From the NCBI RefSeq assembly GCF_000039765.1, contig NC_004460.2:720001-752000 (forward strand): 32,000 nucleotides of DNA, in the 5' to 3' direction. The notes under the pieces are model-generated. The model was not told the DNA's origin. It searched no databases and saw only the letters and a list, made by a program, of their open reading frames with translations. A program made the position numbers and the translations under genes. The DNA comes from Vibrio vulnificus CMCP6. Its GTDB lineage: Bacteria > Pseudomonadota > Gammaproteobacteria > Enterobacterales > Vibrionaceae. This document shows, piece by piece, positions 1 through 9,726 of this stretch (position 1 is the first letter of the stretch; each line of letters starts with the position of its first letter).

Positions 1-1
1 A

Positions 2-1744
2 GGGAAAGAAAGCGCCTTTTTACCAAGGCATCGCGATCATAAGTTTACTGCTCTGTTTTCGGTTTCGCATAAACCGTTATCAACAGGCGATAAGATCATC
101 ACCCGCTTTACAGACAAAACTCGCGGCATTAAGGCCAACGTCGTGCACCACATTGTTCAAGCCGACAATAACGCCGTGATTGCCCAATCCAAAAATGGAC
201 AATCACTCACGATCGATCCCGAAAAAATTAAGGATGGCCATTGGGATTACGCCTATACCCGAACCGCAGATATGGCGCAAGGTGCCACGTACCAAAACGT
301 CATTACCTCTATCAAAGGGAAAGGTGCTCTAACTAACCTAAGACGTGCTTATATCGATTTAACAAGGGCAAGTGAACACGTCAGACTCTACACCGATAAC
401 CCCAAACAGATGATGAAGAGCTGGTTATCCAAAGAGGTCAACAAAGCCAGTGCGATTGAAACCGTTAAGCACATCGCCCCTCAATCGACCACGTATTTTA
501 ATGGCAACGCGCTTCCTCATGAAGACGTTCGTTATCAAAACAAAAATGGCGATTTCGATTACGACAAATTCAGAGAGCACATCAACTCTGAGTTACCAAA
601 ATACACAGAAAGCCTCGCCATCCACCTATTAGGAGCGCCTAACAAATCGAAATCCGATCGAGACTATTTAACGTTTGGTACGGGCAAGTCCGCCATTAAA
701 GTCAGTTTAACGGGGGACTATCGCGGTTATTTCAAAGATTACACAACAGGAGAAAAAGGCTCGCTGATTAATCTAATGATGAGTCATAAAGACCTCAGTT
801 ACAAAGAGGCGATGAACGAGGCTCATCACCTCTTAAATAATCCTGAACACTATCAAGTTGCAATTAACAAGGATCACGACAAGCTTATGAATACAACACC
901 AAAACACATTGCTCAATTTGAACAACGATCGAAAGATTATTTACAAGAAAGCCAAGAGCTAAAAGGAACATTAGCTGAGCAATACCTCCATAAGTTAGGT
1001 GTTAAAAACGCTGAGAACGACAACGTTCGTTTCCATCCCGCAGTTTACTCGTCAGAAGATAAAGCGTTCCACCCTGCTATGATTGCAAACATTCACAACC
1101 AGAAAGGAGAAACACGAGCGATTGAAATTACCTATCTTGACCATGATGCTAATAAAGACAGTGATATGGATGTGAACCCAAGAGTATTAGGGACCAAATC
1201 GAAGCAAATGACTCTCTTTAACCAAGGACAGGATTTAAACACAACGATTATTAGTACGGGCATTGAGCAGTCGTTCATAATAAATGAGCATACTCACGGC
1301 CAATATGACATCATCAATGTCAATCATAAAAATGACATTCAAAATATAACGCCTGACGAAATACGACAAAATGTCATTATTGTGTTGACCAATCAAAACT
1401 TAGATATCAACTCAAACAACATGGAGAAGATCATTAAAAAATTCTCTTCTCCTAATATTAACTTTGTTACCGAAGAAGATATGCTCAAGCAAATCACTGA
1501 GTGCATTCATAAATTTGAAGGACAGGATAAAGACATCAACCTCAATATTGCCATTGATGATAGTGTGTTGAAACAGCCTAATAGTGACCATAAAGATGTT
1601 ATTTCGTCTATACATAATGAGCGAGAGAGTAAAGAATTAGAGCACTTTGATCATAAAGAACATTCACCTCAACAAGATATTGACTTAAATAAAGCTCAAG
1701 ACGTAGACAAACATCTAGATTTAGACAGAGAGTTAGAACGATAA
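2..1744 (+). CDS. traI: TraI/MobF-type conjugative relaxase-helicase, C-terminal part (5' end outside window), with primase/toprim-like C-terminal region
   Basis: Frame 2 is open from base 2 through the listed ORF (GKESAFLPRHRDHKFTALFSVSHKPLSTGDKIITRFTDKTRGIKANVVHH...). It has the helicase-type motif 'QGATYQNVITSIKGKGALTNLRRAYIDLTRASEHVRLYTDN', then a CHC2/primase-like segment 'YLTFGTGKSAIKVSLTGDYRGYFKDYTTGEKGSLINLMM' and a toprim-like tail. Confidence 0.8.
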   Translation, partial: GKESAFLPRHRDHKFTALFSVSHKPLSTGDKIITRFTDKTRGIKANVVHHIVQADNNAVIAQSKNGQSLTIDPEKIKDGHWDYAYTRTADMAQGATYQNVITSIKGKGALTNLRRAYIDLTRASEHVRLYTDNPKQMMKSWLSKEVNKASAIETVKHIAPQSTTYFNGNALPHEDVRYQNKNGDFDYDKFREHINSELPKYTESLAIHLLGAPNKSKSDRDYLTFGTGKSAIKVSLTGDYRGYFKDYTTGEKGSLINLMMSHKDLSYKEAMNEAHHLLNNPEHYQVAINKDHDKLMNTTPKHIAQFEQRSKDYLQESQELKGTLAEQYLHKLGVKNAENDNVRFHPAVYSSEDKAFHPAMIANIHNQKGETRAIEITYLDHDANKDSDMDVNPRVLGTKSKQMTLFNQGQDLNTTIISTGIEQSFIINEHTHGQYDIINVNHKNDIQNITPDEIRQNVIIVLTNQNLDINSNNMEKIIKKFSSPNINFVTEEDMLKQITECIHKFEGQDKDINLNIAIDDSVLKQPNSDHKDVISSIHNERESKELEHFDHKEHSPQQDIDLNKAQDVDKHLDLDRELER

Positions 1745-1777
1745 AAAAGGGTAGCCATTAGGCTACCCTTTTTTTTT
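1743..1777. terminator. Bidirectional rho-independent terminator between convergent genes
   Basis: Perfect 14-bp stem AAAAAAGGGTAGCC-ATTA-GGCTACCCTTTTTT followed by more Ts, located between convergent CDSs ending at 1744 (+) and 1763 (-). Confidence 0.9.
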
Positions 1778-2134
1778 GCCTTCAAGAAATGAATCCACCT
1801 GATTATCAATATCGGCTTTAACTTGGCGCCTAACGGGTTGAGACTCTTTTTGATCTTTAAATAACTTCTCACCATTAAATGTCTGACCATGAATAACATC
1901 CCCTATCGCAGAGGACTGGCGAACAACCCGATAAATCTCCTCCATCAGCTCTCTGTTTGAAGGACGGCCTTCATCACTATCATTCAGCTTGATCCGTAAA
2001 GCCAAAGTCAAAAGCTGCCGAGTAGCTTCGGCATCCGAAAGGTTTTCTCTGTCTCTGAATTTGATGAAATCTTGCTTTAATTGACCTCGTAATGAGCTCT
2101 GTAATGGGTAAGCACGACTCATATTTTCCACCAT
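1763..2134 (-). CDS. Small mobilization/relaxosome accessory-like protein (hypothetical)
   Basis: 123-aa ORF convergent with traI. Charged protein with a short ribbon/helix-like N-terminus (SLRGQLKQDFIKFRDRENLSDAEATRQLLTLALRIKL). Function is inferred from size and location. Confidence 0.5.
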   Translation of the reverse strand: MVENMSRAYPLQSSLRGQLKQDFIKFRDRENLSDAEATRQLLTLALRIKLNDSDEGRPSNRELMEEIYRVVRQSSAIGDVIHGQTFNGEKLFKDQKESQPVRRQVKADIDNQVDSFLEGKKKG

Positions 2135-2671
2135 TTTCCATCATTGAAATTCATTACACTATCAATGGATTTTCAATGAATCAAATTCAACCTCTAGAGC
2201 TTGAAGGCATACCACAAAAGGGATAAATAAAAATTCAATGAACTTTAAATTAAAAATCATTGAATCAGCTTGTATCCCTTACCATTAAAAGGATAAATGA
2301 CATGTCAATTAAACTACATAGAATTCAATTGATAAAAATGATTAATTTTAGTGGAAAATTTGAAAATTTTTTCACCATTCAAGACTAAGCACCAAAGCAA
2401 ACTATCTCATTGTTTTTAAAGTCTTTATCTTTTCTACAGACAACCATTCGGATTGAAAATCAATCCGCCGTGGGGTGTGGTTCCTACTCAAAGACCCTAC
2501 GACGCTAACAATGATCACTCATCGGTTAACCATCTTGAGCGGAGGGGTTGCAGCCAGTGCGAAGCTAAAAGCCGATCGGTGGCGATTGAATCGGAGAGAA
2601 CAAGCAACATGTGCCAGGCTTGGAAAGGAGATCAGGAAGATGTCAATTGCACCACAATGGTGCAAGGTGTG

Positions 2672-3121
2672 TTATTTGAAGTTTGGAGAAAAATAAACGG
2701 CTTGAACTTTTTGGATGTATATTCTTCGGGCGCTCTCGGTGCGTTTAGAAAATCCTGCATTATACGCACCGACACTGTTCCAGTTATAACCATGACTAGC
2801 AAAGTTAGACGCTAATACCCAAGCACCAAGCGATACATTAAAACACGGCTCGTAAACATTGGACTCATCGACATTAAATTCAGCAAGTTTAGGAAACCAA
2901 GACGAATTAATTTGCATCAATCCATAATCACGACTTATTATTTCACCATTTTGATTTTTGTTTTCGTTGTAAGCGTTGGATCTAAGACTGCTTTCTACTT
3001 GCGCAATAGCTCTAAGTAAATCAGGTGATACGTTATAATGCTGTCCGGCCTCTTCAAAACAAAAGGCCGAAACCGCACTAGGAAAAATAAGCAATAGTAA
3101 GCATGTTTTTTTCATAAGCAA
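2672..3121 (-). CDS. VirB1-like lytic transglycosylase
   Basis: Signal peptide, then 'CFEEAGQHYNVSPDLLRAIAQVESSLRSNAYNEN...SRDYGLMQINSSWFPKL...VGAYNAGF', the SLT catalytic motif set (E-S, GLMQIN, AYNAG). Confidence 0.9.
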   Translation of the reverse strand: MLMKKTCLLLLIFPSAVSAFCFEEAGQHYNVSPDLLRAIAQVESSLRSNAYNENKNQNGEIISRDYGLMQINSSWFPKLAEFNVDESNVYEPCFNVSLGAWVLASNFASHGYNWNSVGAYNAGFSKRTESARRIYIQKVQAVYFSPNFK

Positions 3122-3167
3122 AAAATGGAGTCCGTCAGGACTCTATTCTATCGTATATTTTAAGAGA

Positions 3168-3509
3168 TTAATATTCACTAGGCAGCAAAACCGTGGTAAC
3201 ACTTCTATCTCTTTCTGTAATGACCCAAATACGCTCACCACATAACTTATATTTAGATAAAACACGTTCACCTGTTTTGGTAGCTTCATCGTTCGTTATT
3301 TTATCATCAATACAGATAGAGCCCCAGTCACCATTTTTATGGCGAGTAAGTGCAATAAACAAACTACCCTGTGAACCACTGTTATTTTCTATTATATCAG
3401 CTACACCTTGTGTCATTACCGTTTTTCCAAGCTCAAACGGAACAGCCGTACACACATAATTTTGCGCTTTTAAATCTTTTTGATTTAGAGTATTCTTTAA
3501 TGCGTTCAT
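3168..3509 (-). CDS. Conserved small plasmid-type hypothetical protein
   Basis: 113 aa; 'LTRHKNGDWGSICIDDKITNDEATKTGERVLSKYKLCGERIWVITERDRSVTTVLLPSEY' matches a widespread small plasmid/ICE ORF family as I recall it. Confidence 0.65.
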   Translation of the reverse strand: MNALKNTLNQKDLKAQNYVCTAVPFELGKTVMTQGVADIIENNSGSQGSLFIALTRHKNGDWGSICIDDKITNDEATKTGERVLSKYKLCGERIWVITERDRSVTTVLLPSEY

Positions 3510-3601
3510 TTTTAAGTTTCCTATAGTTTATAATTGAACATGCCTTAGCGAATTTTTGCTGAGCGTTAAGGATTTTTATTTCTGGTTTATTCGTAGTACG
3601 T

Positions 3602-3967
3602 TCACCACTGTCTATACACTTGATAAATGTCGTCGTATGAATAACCATACTCTTCGAGATTTTCTACACAGTCGGTAATATCATTGGTATAAAAACACTC
3701 GTGATTAGAGAGTTCACGACGAATAATTGTCTCCTTGCCATTTTCGGCAATGTCTTGCTTAATCCCTTCTTTTTGAATTTCATCTAAACGCTCAATCAAT
3801 TTTTTAGCGTTATTCTTAGGCACAATCATTCCCATGCCGAGAGAGACATACTCAACGCCTTTTTTCTTAGCTGAATCGAACTGATTATTAGAAAACGCGA
3901 AGAACGCGCCTAGCTCATCAAATAAATCGGTTTGTGGTTGTTGGGTGTAATCTGATAGATATTTCAT
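3602..3967 (-). CDS. Hypothetical plasmid-type protein
   Basis: 121-aa ORF, 4 nt from the next co-directional ORF; no recognised domain. Confidence 0.5.
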   Translation of the reverse strand: MKYLSDYTQQPQTDLFDELGAFFAFSNNQFDSAKKKGVEYVSLGMGMIVPKNNAKKLIERLDEIQKEGIKQDIAENGKETIIRRELSNHECFYTNDITDCVENLEEYGYSYDDIYQVYRQW

Positions 3968-3970
3968 AGC

Positions 3971-4351
3971 TTAAGCCTCAACATTAAAATTAATGGTGGT
4001 ATCTATTAATGTGGCGGAAAGTGCTTTTGCAATTGCGCCACACTCTTGTTTAATTGCAGATATTGAAAGCTGTGAGGATAGAAAGTTCTTAACGTGTTTC
4101 TCATTACCATTTGACTCAATAGCCATGACTTGAAAGCCCGCCTCCCACTGCTCACGCGGCGTATCCCATGAACCAAAGTGCTCCCCACGAACGACCACAC
4201 TGACCACCTTTGATGGGTCAAGATAAGCCGGTAACTGCTGAAGAAAATGACAAGAGATATCATTTTTTGGTGAGCTTTCGTGCCCAGCGGCGAAACGCTG
4301 GTCGCTGACCTTCGATTTAGAGAGAGTTGGGGTTGAGTGTCGTTGTGCCAT
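3971..4351 (-). CDS. Hypothetical plasmid-type protein
   Basis: 126-aa ORF in the same direction and immediately upstream of 3602..3967; overlaps a competing 135-aa ORF (4006..4413 -). Confidence 0.45.
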   Translation of the reverse strand: MAQRHSTPTLSKSKVSDQRFAAGHESSPKNDISCHFLQQLPAYLDPSKVVSVVVRGEHFGSWDTPREQWEAGFQVMAIESNGNEKHVKNFLSSQLSISAIKQECGAIAKALSATLIDTTINFNVEA

Positions 4352-4424
4352 AAGGAGTTTCCTTCTGTTTGAGTATCACTTTTATGGAGCCGCTTGGCTG
4401 CCCCATTCCTCAAACAGGGTTCTT

Positions 4425-4465
4425 CTTTGCAAGGGCGCTCAGCGGCTTCGCCCTACCTTGCAAAG
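4425..4465. repeat. Imperfect inverted repeat / large hairpin in GC-rich non-coding segment
   Basis: CTTTGCAAGGGCG-ctcagcggctt-CGCCCTaCCTTGCAAAG. Confidence 0.6.
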
Positions 4466-4947
4466 AGGGTTCTGGGTGAGGATGGTTTACAGCCTGCGAG
4501 CGCCATCAAATGATGCGAGTTGAAAGGAAAATCGGCACATAAGACACCGAGCCCTTACTCGAACTTAATCGAAGTCAGTGAAAGGTTTTACGTGAGGAGG
4601 TACGAGGCGCAGCTACGCAGTAACGAAGGCGCTGGGTGATTGTCCGCAGGAACTTAGAGCCACATCGAGCTTGCTCGATGAACATGGATCAAGTTATCGA
4701 GGGAGGAGCGTAGCAACGGAATGAACCGACCGGAGGGAGAACGCCAATAATAATGCTTACATGCAAAATTGCTATGTGACACTAAATTTAAACGGACATA
4801 ACTTCTAAGCTATTTTTGCCCCAAAGTCTATTAGTTCAAATACTCTATACCTTTTCAAACTTGCTACGCATCATTAGAAAAAATTATCTGAAATCACGGT
4901 TTCTAAAATTAATAGGTCACTCAAGTAAGTAACCATGGAGGTGATGT

Positions 4948-5546
4948 ATGGTGACTGTTAATACAAAGAAACGGATATTAGGACAGAAGAAGCCCTTTAA
5001 GCTTGAAGATATCTGGCGGATTCGAACGCATTTAGAAATTGAAGGTAACCTTATGGAGTTGGCACTATTAAACCTTGCCATAGACTGTAAGTTACGTTCG
5101 TGTGATTTACTCAGATTGCGGGTTTGTGATGTATCCTCTTCTGGCATCATTATGACGAGAGTTTTACTGACTCAAAGTAAAACATCGCGAGATGTGCAAT
5201 TTGAAATCACATCCAAAACCCAGCACGCACTCAGTCAATGGTTATTTGTGAGTCAGTTATCACCCCAAGACTTTTAATTCCTAGTCCCAGGCGTGAAGGA
5301 GTACCAATGAGTTATTCCTATTACGCCAGCATTATTAAACGATGGGCAAGTACGCTTGGCTTGGATTCTACTCATTATGGTACTTACTCTATGCGCAGGA
5401 CTAAGGCCACACCTATCTATGCGAAGACAAAGAATATTAGAGCGGTACAATTGCTGTTAGGGCACGTTAAGCTCGATAACACCATCCGTTATCTAGGGGT
5501 AGAAATCGAAGATGCGCTCAAAATTTCAGAAGATACTGATATCTAG
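4948..5546 (+). pseudogene. Transposon-type tyrosine recombinase/integrase, frameshifted
   Basis: Two overlapping ORFs in different frames: 4948..5277 (KPFKLEDIWRIRTHLEIEGNLMELALLNLAIDCKLRSCDLLRLRVCDV) and 5238..5546 (IKRWASTLGLDSTHYGTYSMRRTKATPIYAKTKNIRAVQLLLGHVKLDNTIRYLGVEIEDAL). Together they form one integrase, broken near 5268-5280. Confidence 0.85.
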
Positions 5547-6026
5547 CTAAGTATTGGTTCGATGTGGCTGTGGACTGGCTAAACATATCTGCCTCGATTG
5601 GTCCCCTGATGCCGAGTGTTTTAACTTTGCTACCAACCTATCAGGTGCGCAATATTTACACAGAGTCACCCTCGATTCTTACTCGATATCGAAATATGAG
5701 ACCAGTTTTTGGATATGGAGTAGATGCGCCAGATTAATCAACTGCCGCCCACAATGACCTATTTTATTAGCATGATCCCGATGAACGATTCTCGTAAGAT
5801 CTTGAGTGAGCGTAATGAAGTTTGGCGTGCCTCCACGCATTGAAAATGGTCGGAAGTTCTTAAAAAAAACAATATTGAGCAAGAAATGTACAAATTAAGT
5901 ATTAAGTATCGAAAACTATGGTAGGCTAGTTCGTGAACCCCCACAGCTTAGTGGGACATTTTGTTGATTCTGGATTGACTATCCTCCCCATCGTGCCCTT
6001 CTAAGCCTAACGAAGTTAGGTAAATC

Positions 6027-7211
6027 ATGTTACACCCAACACGTAAAATGAGCTCAAAACTGAGCAACGTAGAAAACTTGTACTCTTTACCAAGAAGTAG
6101 AGCGTTACCTAAACCCAATTTATTGAGGCAACAAAGGGAGACTGCGGTTGTCTACTGCGAGGGCTTCTTTGGTGAGTCTAAAGGTAAAACAACTAACGGG
6201 CTAGTACGTGAGTCGAATCGGTTCAAGATCGTATCTGTTATCGACAGTACCAAAGCAGGCCAAGATAGTGGAGCTTATCTCTATGGGCATGACAATGGCG
6301 TTCCTATTTGTTCTAGTTTAAGTCAAGCGATCGCGGTTTCTGATTGGATTCCGGAATACTTTATTTACGGCCTTTCTCCTGAGAGTGGGCGTTTATCTCT
6401 TGAAGAAAGACAGCTAATCCTCACCGCAATGAGATTGGGGATGAACATTGTGATTGGCCTACATGAATTTTTAACGGACGACCCAGAGTTTATGGAAGCG
6501 GCCAAAAAGAATCATGTTCGGATTATTGATGTTATCAAACCAAGGCCAATAGATGAACTTCAGCTGTTTGCGAACCGTCTCCAAACAGTTCTTTGCCCAA
6601 GGATTTTAGTCATGGGTACGGATTGTGCTATTGGCAAACGTACCACTGCATTGGCGTTGACGAAAGTCCTCGAAAGATACGGTTTAAATGTCGTCATGAT
6701 CGCCACAGGGCAAACGGGGTTGATCCAAGGAGCACGCTATGGGATCGCACTTGAAGCCATACCTTCACAGTATTGCGTTGGAGAGTTAGAAGCCATTGTT
6801 GTTGAAGCATACGAAGAAGAAGGACCTGATGTCATTGTGATTGAAGGGCAAGGTGCATTAAGCCACCCCTGTTTTTGTACTAGTGCATCGATTATCCGTG
6901 GCTCGCAACCACATGCTGTAATCCTTCAACACTCTCCAACGAGAGTCTACTTGAGTGGTAGTGAGCAATATTTTATGCCTGATTTGGATACAGAAATAGA
7001 GCTAATAGAGCTGTTTGCAGGTGTACCCGTTATAGGCATTACATTAAACAGTCAAGGTTTGGATGAGCAATCTACCGCGGAAGTGATTTCTCACTATGTC
7101 GACAAGTATCATCGTCCAGTGGCAGAACTGTTTACTGTTTCAGATGAAGTTCTAGTTGAAATGGTGATGGACATGTTCCCAGAGTTAGATCTTGATTCTA
7201 TCACTATCTAG
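6027..7211 (+). CDS. DUF1611 / DgcN-like P-loop protein (copy A)
   Basis: 394 aa; 'YCEGFFGESKGKTTNGLVRES' and P-loop-like 'VMGTDCAIGKRTTALAL', 'VVMIATGQTGLIQGARYGIALEAI', 'EGPDVIVIEGQGALSHP'; consistent with DUF1611 proteins. Confidence 0.85.
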   Translation: MLHPTRKMSSKLSNVENLYSLPRSRALPKPNLLRQQRETAVVYCEGFFGESKGKTTNGLVRESNRFKIVSVIDSTKAGQDSGAYLYGHDNGVPICSSLSQAIAVSDWIPEYFIYGLSPESGRLSLEERQLILTAMRLGMNIVIGLHEFLTDDPEFMEAAKKNHVRIIDVIKPRPIDELQLFANRLQTVLCPRILVMGTDCAIGKRTTALALTKVLERYGLNVVMIATGQTGLIQGARYGIALEAIPSQYCVGELEAIVVEAYEEEGPDVIVIEGQGALSHPCFCTSASIIRGSQPHAVILQHSPTRVYLSGSEQYFMPDLDTEIELIELFAGVPVIGITLNSQGLDEQSTAEVISHYVDKYHRPVAELFTVSDEVLVEMVMDMFPELDLDSITI

Positions 7212-7232
7212 TTAACTGAATTTTAGCAGAGT

Positions 7233-7261
7233 AAAACAGTGAATATGTTGTTCACTGTTTT
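7233..7261 (+). terminator. Terminator-like hairpin after DUF1611 copy A
   Basis: Perfect 11-bp stem AAAACAGTGAA-tatgttg-TTCACTGTTTT, 22 nt after the stop codon. Confidence 0.65.
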
Positions 7262-7265
7262 CGCC

Positions 7266-7293
7266 AAATATACTGAATTTATTCAGTATATTT
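7266..7293. repeat. Second tandem hairpin / palindrome
   Basis: AAATATACTGAAT-TT-ATTCAGTATATTT, perfect 13-bp stem immediately after the first hairpin. Confidence 0.7.
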
Positions 7294-7489
7294 GTGCTTA
7301 ACAGGCATATTTTTCGCCTGCTTAGTGACCTTATATTGAAGGGTTCTTTTGTATTTCTTCCGATTTTTCTTGAAAAACGTTCAGCGCTACTACTAAAAGT
7401 GGCTTTTTCACATTTATCCTATTGGATTCCATTTTTATCTTGGTAGGTAAGAGTAGATCTTGAAAGCGGATGACTTGATGAAAAACAGG

Positions 7490-7522
7490 CGTTTAAAAGC
7501 AATTGTTCCTCTCTTTTAAACG
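7490..7522. repeat. Inverted repeat upstream of hflK-like gene
   Basis: CGTTTAAAAG-13 nt-CTTTTAAACG, perfect 10-bp arms. Confidence 0.6.
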
Positions 7523-7531
7523 TGTAGTTCT

Positions 7532-8740
7532 TTGTTAAAGCATCTAGTTGCACTCCTGGACAAAACGTTTAGAGAAGCTTTGGAACATGACACGAAATAT
7601 GGCCTTGTTACTTCGGGCTATCCCTCAATGCATAAACCGAGTGGGTTAAAAATGTTCCCCCTACAGCCGGAGGGCATGCTCATGAGCCAACGTATTCATC
7701 TTTCGCGAAACCCCTGGGGGGGCGGAAAACAAGATCCTCCTAATTTTGGTGAAGCTTTCTACACTCTCTTTCATCATTTTAAGAAAAGGCTTCCAAACGG
7801 AAGGTGTTCAAGTTTATTTATTCCTCTTATCGTCTTCCTTCTAACATCCATTTCCTGGAGCGTCTTTTACACAGTGCCGAGCGATTCTGTTGCGGTGATA
7901 CAGCGGTTTGGGAAATATGTTCATAGTGTACCTGCAGGGCTTCATTTAAAGATGCCACTTGGTATCGATGCCGTAAAAATAGTGCCTGTGAAGAGACAGC
8001 TCAAACAAGAGTTTGGGTTTATTACTCCAGGGGCAAGTGACCCTCACCAAAATCCGCGAGTCAACTCTCGGCATCAAGAAATGCAAATGGTGACTGGTGA
8101 TTTAAATGCCGCTCTTGTCGAGTGGGTGGTGCAGTATAGAATCTCTGAACCCATCCATTTTCTATTCGAAGTCCGTGAGCCTAGTGAGACCCTTCGATAT
8201 GTTTCTGAATCTGTGATGCGCGAAGTGGTAGGAGATAGGACTGTGGATGAAGTGATCACCATAGGTCGGCAAGAAATTGAGTCCGAAGCTCTATCAAAAA
8301 TGCAAGCGCTCTCTACGAAATATGTCTTAGGGATCAGAATTGACCAAGTTCAGTTGAAAAACATCAACCCACCTCAACCTGTCCAAGCGTCGTTCAATGA
8401 AGTAAATCAAGCTCAACAAGAAAAAGAGAAACTGATTAACGAAGCTCGTAGAGATTACAACAAAGTGATCCCTTTAGCGCTAGGAGAAAAAGATCAGCGA
8501 ATCAGAGAAGCTGATGGTTATCGCTTAAAACGCATTAATGAGGCAGAGGGGGATACGGCTCGTTTCAATGCTTTACTGCTTGAGTACGTTAAAGCACCTG
8601 AAGTGACTTTGCGAAGAATCTATCTTGAAACAATGCAGGTCGTCTTACCGAATATTCACACCAAGATTATCATTGATGAGCGAACCAACAGTATTTTGCC
8701 CCTGCTTGATCTCAATAAAATACAAGGAGATGCAAAATGA
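7532..8740 (+). CDS. hflK: HflK-like SPFH/band-7 membrane protein (true start possibly ATG 7682)
   Basis: 'NPWGGGKQDPPN', TM segment, 'YTVPSDSVAVIQRFGKYVHSVPAGLHLKMPLGIDAVKIVPVKRQLKQEFGF', 'EVKAPEVTLRRIYLETMQVVLPN'. A better RBS (GGAGGG 7669-7674) precedes in-frame ATG 7682. Confidence 0.85.
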   Translation: MLKHLVALLDKTFREALEHDTKYGLVTSGYPSMHKPSGLKMFPLQPEGMLMSQRIHLSRNPWGGGKQDPPNFGEAFYTLFHHFKKRLPNGRCSSLFIPLIVFLLTSISWSVFYTVPSDSVAVIQRFGKYVHSVPAGLHLKMPLGIDAVKIVPVKRQLKQEFGFITPGASDPHQNPRVNSRHQEMQMVTGDLNAALVEWVVQYRISEPIHFLFEVREPSETLRYVSESVMREVVGDRTVDEVITIGRQEIESEALSKMQALSTKYVLGIRIDQVQLKNINPPQPVQASFNEVNQAQQEKEKLINEARRDYNKVIPLALGEKDQRIREADGYRLKRINEAEGDTARFNALLLEYVKAPEVTLRRIYLETMQVVLPNIHTKIIIDERTNSILPLLDLNKIQGDAK

Positions 8741-9726
8741 AACCGATTAACGTAGGGCTTGTAATCGCATTGATTTTGGGTGTGTCTCTTAGCCTATACA
8801 ATGCATTGTACACGGTTAATGAAGTTCAACAGGTCGTTATCACTCAGTTTGGCAAGCCTATCGGGACGCCTATTGTGAATGCAGGATTGAAGATAAAAAT
8901 ACCCTACATTCAAGAAATAAACATGATCGATAAACGTGTCTTGGAGTGGGATGGACGACCTTCTGATATGCCAACAAAAGACAAACTGTATATTTCTGTA
9001 GACCTATTTGCTCGGTGGCGAATTATCGATCCGCTTCAATACTTCTTACGTCTCAAAGATGAGCGCAGTGCACAATCACGGCTGGACGATATTTTGGGTA
9101 GTGAAACGCGAAATGCAGTGGCAAAACATGAACTGATAGAAATAATCCGAACAAACAAAAATCGAAAACCGTTGCGAGACCCCTTACTGAGCGAGGCTGA
9201 AAGAGCGTTAAAAATTGGCGCTCTCGTGCCTATTCAAAAAGGTCGTCAATTAGTAGAACAAGAAATATTCTTAGCAGCGGCAGAAAAAATAAAAATTTTT
9301 GGTATTGAACTGCTCGATATTCGTTTCAAACGTATTAACTACAATGAGAGTGTTCGTCCCAAAATTTACGAGCGAATGGTCAGTGAACGTCGTCAAATTG
9401 CAGAACGTTTTTTGTCGGAAGGCAATGGGGAAGCAGCAAGGATCCGAGGTGACCGGATCAGAGATTTGAATATGATTCAATCTGAGGCCTATCGAGAGGT
9501 AGAAGAGATTCGAGGGCAAGCCGATGCGAAAGCTGCTGAAATTTATGCGTCAGCTTACAATAAAAACCCTGAAGCAACACGTCTGTATGAGTTCACACGA
9601 ACGATGCAGTCTTACTCAACTGTCCTGGCAGAAAACACAACACTGGTTTTGTCTACCAATAGTGAATTATTCAAGTTTCTTAATGGTGTTGAAGGCAGCT
9701 TAAATGGCACGGCTGAAAAGCAATGA
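8737..9726 (+). CDS. hflC: HflC-like SPFH protein
   Basis: 'YTVNEVQQVVITQFGKPIGTPIVNAGLKIKIPYIQEINMIDKRVLEWDGRPSDMPTKDKLYI' and 'MVSERRQIAERFLSEGNGEAARIRG'. Start overlaps the hflK stop by 4 nt. Confidence 0.9.
   Translation: MKPINVGLVIALILGVSLSLYNALYTVNEVQQVVITQFGKPIGTPIVNAGLKIKIPYIQEINMIDKRVLEWDGRPSDMPTKDKLYISVDLFARWRIIDPLQYFLRLKDERSAQSRLDDILGSETRNAVAKHELIEIIRTNKNRKPLRDPLLSEAERALKIGALVPIQKGRQLVEQEIFLAAAEKIKIFGIELLDIRFKRINYNESVRPKIYERMVSERRQIAERFLSEGNGEAARIRGDRIRDLNMIQSEAYREVEEIRGQADAKAAEIYASAYNKNPEATRLYEFTRTMQSYSTVLAENTTLVLSTNSELFKFLNGVEGSLNGTAEKQ

Noticed and set aside
2140-2660. Intergenic region after the mobilization-like gene as the oriT
   Set aside because: Location is plausible, but I found no diagnostic inverted repeat/nic sequence, so it is not called.
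2453-2815. Overlapping plus-strand ORFs 2453..2815 and 2475..2696 as candidate genes
   Set aside because: They overlap each other and the confident minus-strand transglycosylase end, have no recognisable domain, and show low-complexity/odd composition; treated as spurious.
5554-5944. Short overlapping ORFs 5554..5757, 5679..5882 (-) and 5759..5944 as genes
   Set aside because: No recognisable protein; probably degenerate mobile-element debris, but I cannot assign a family.
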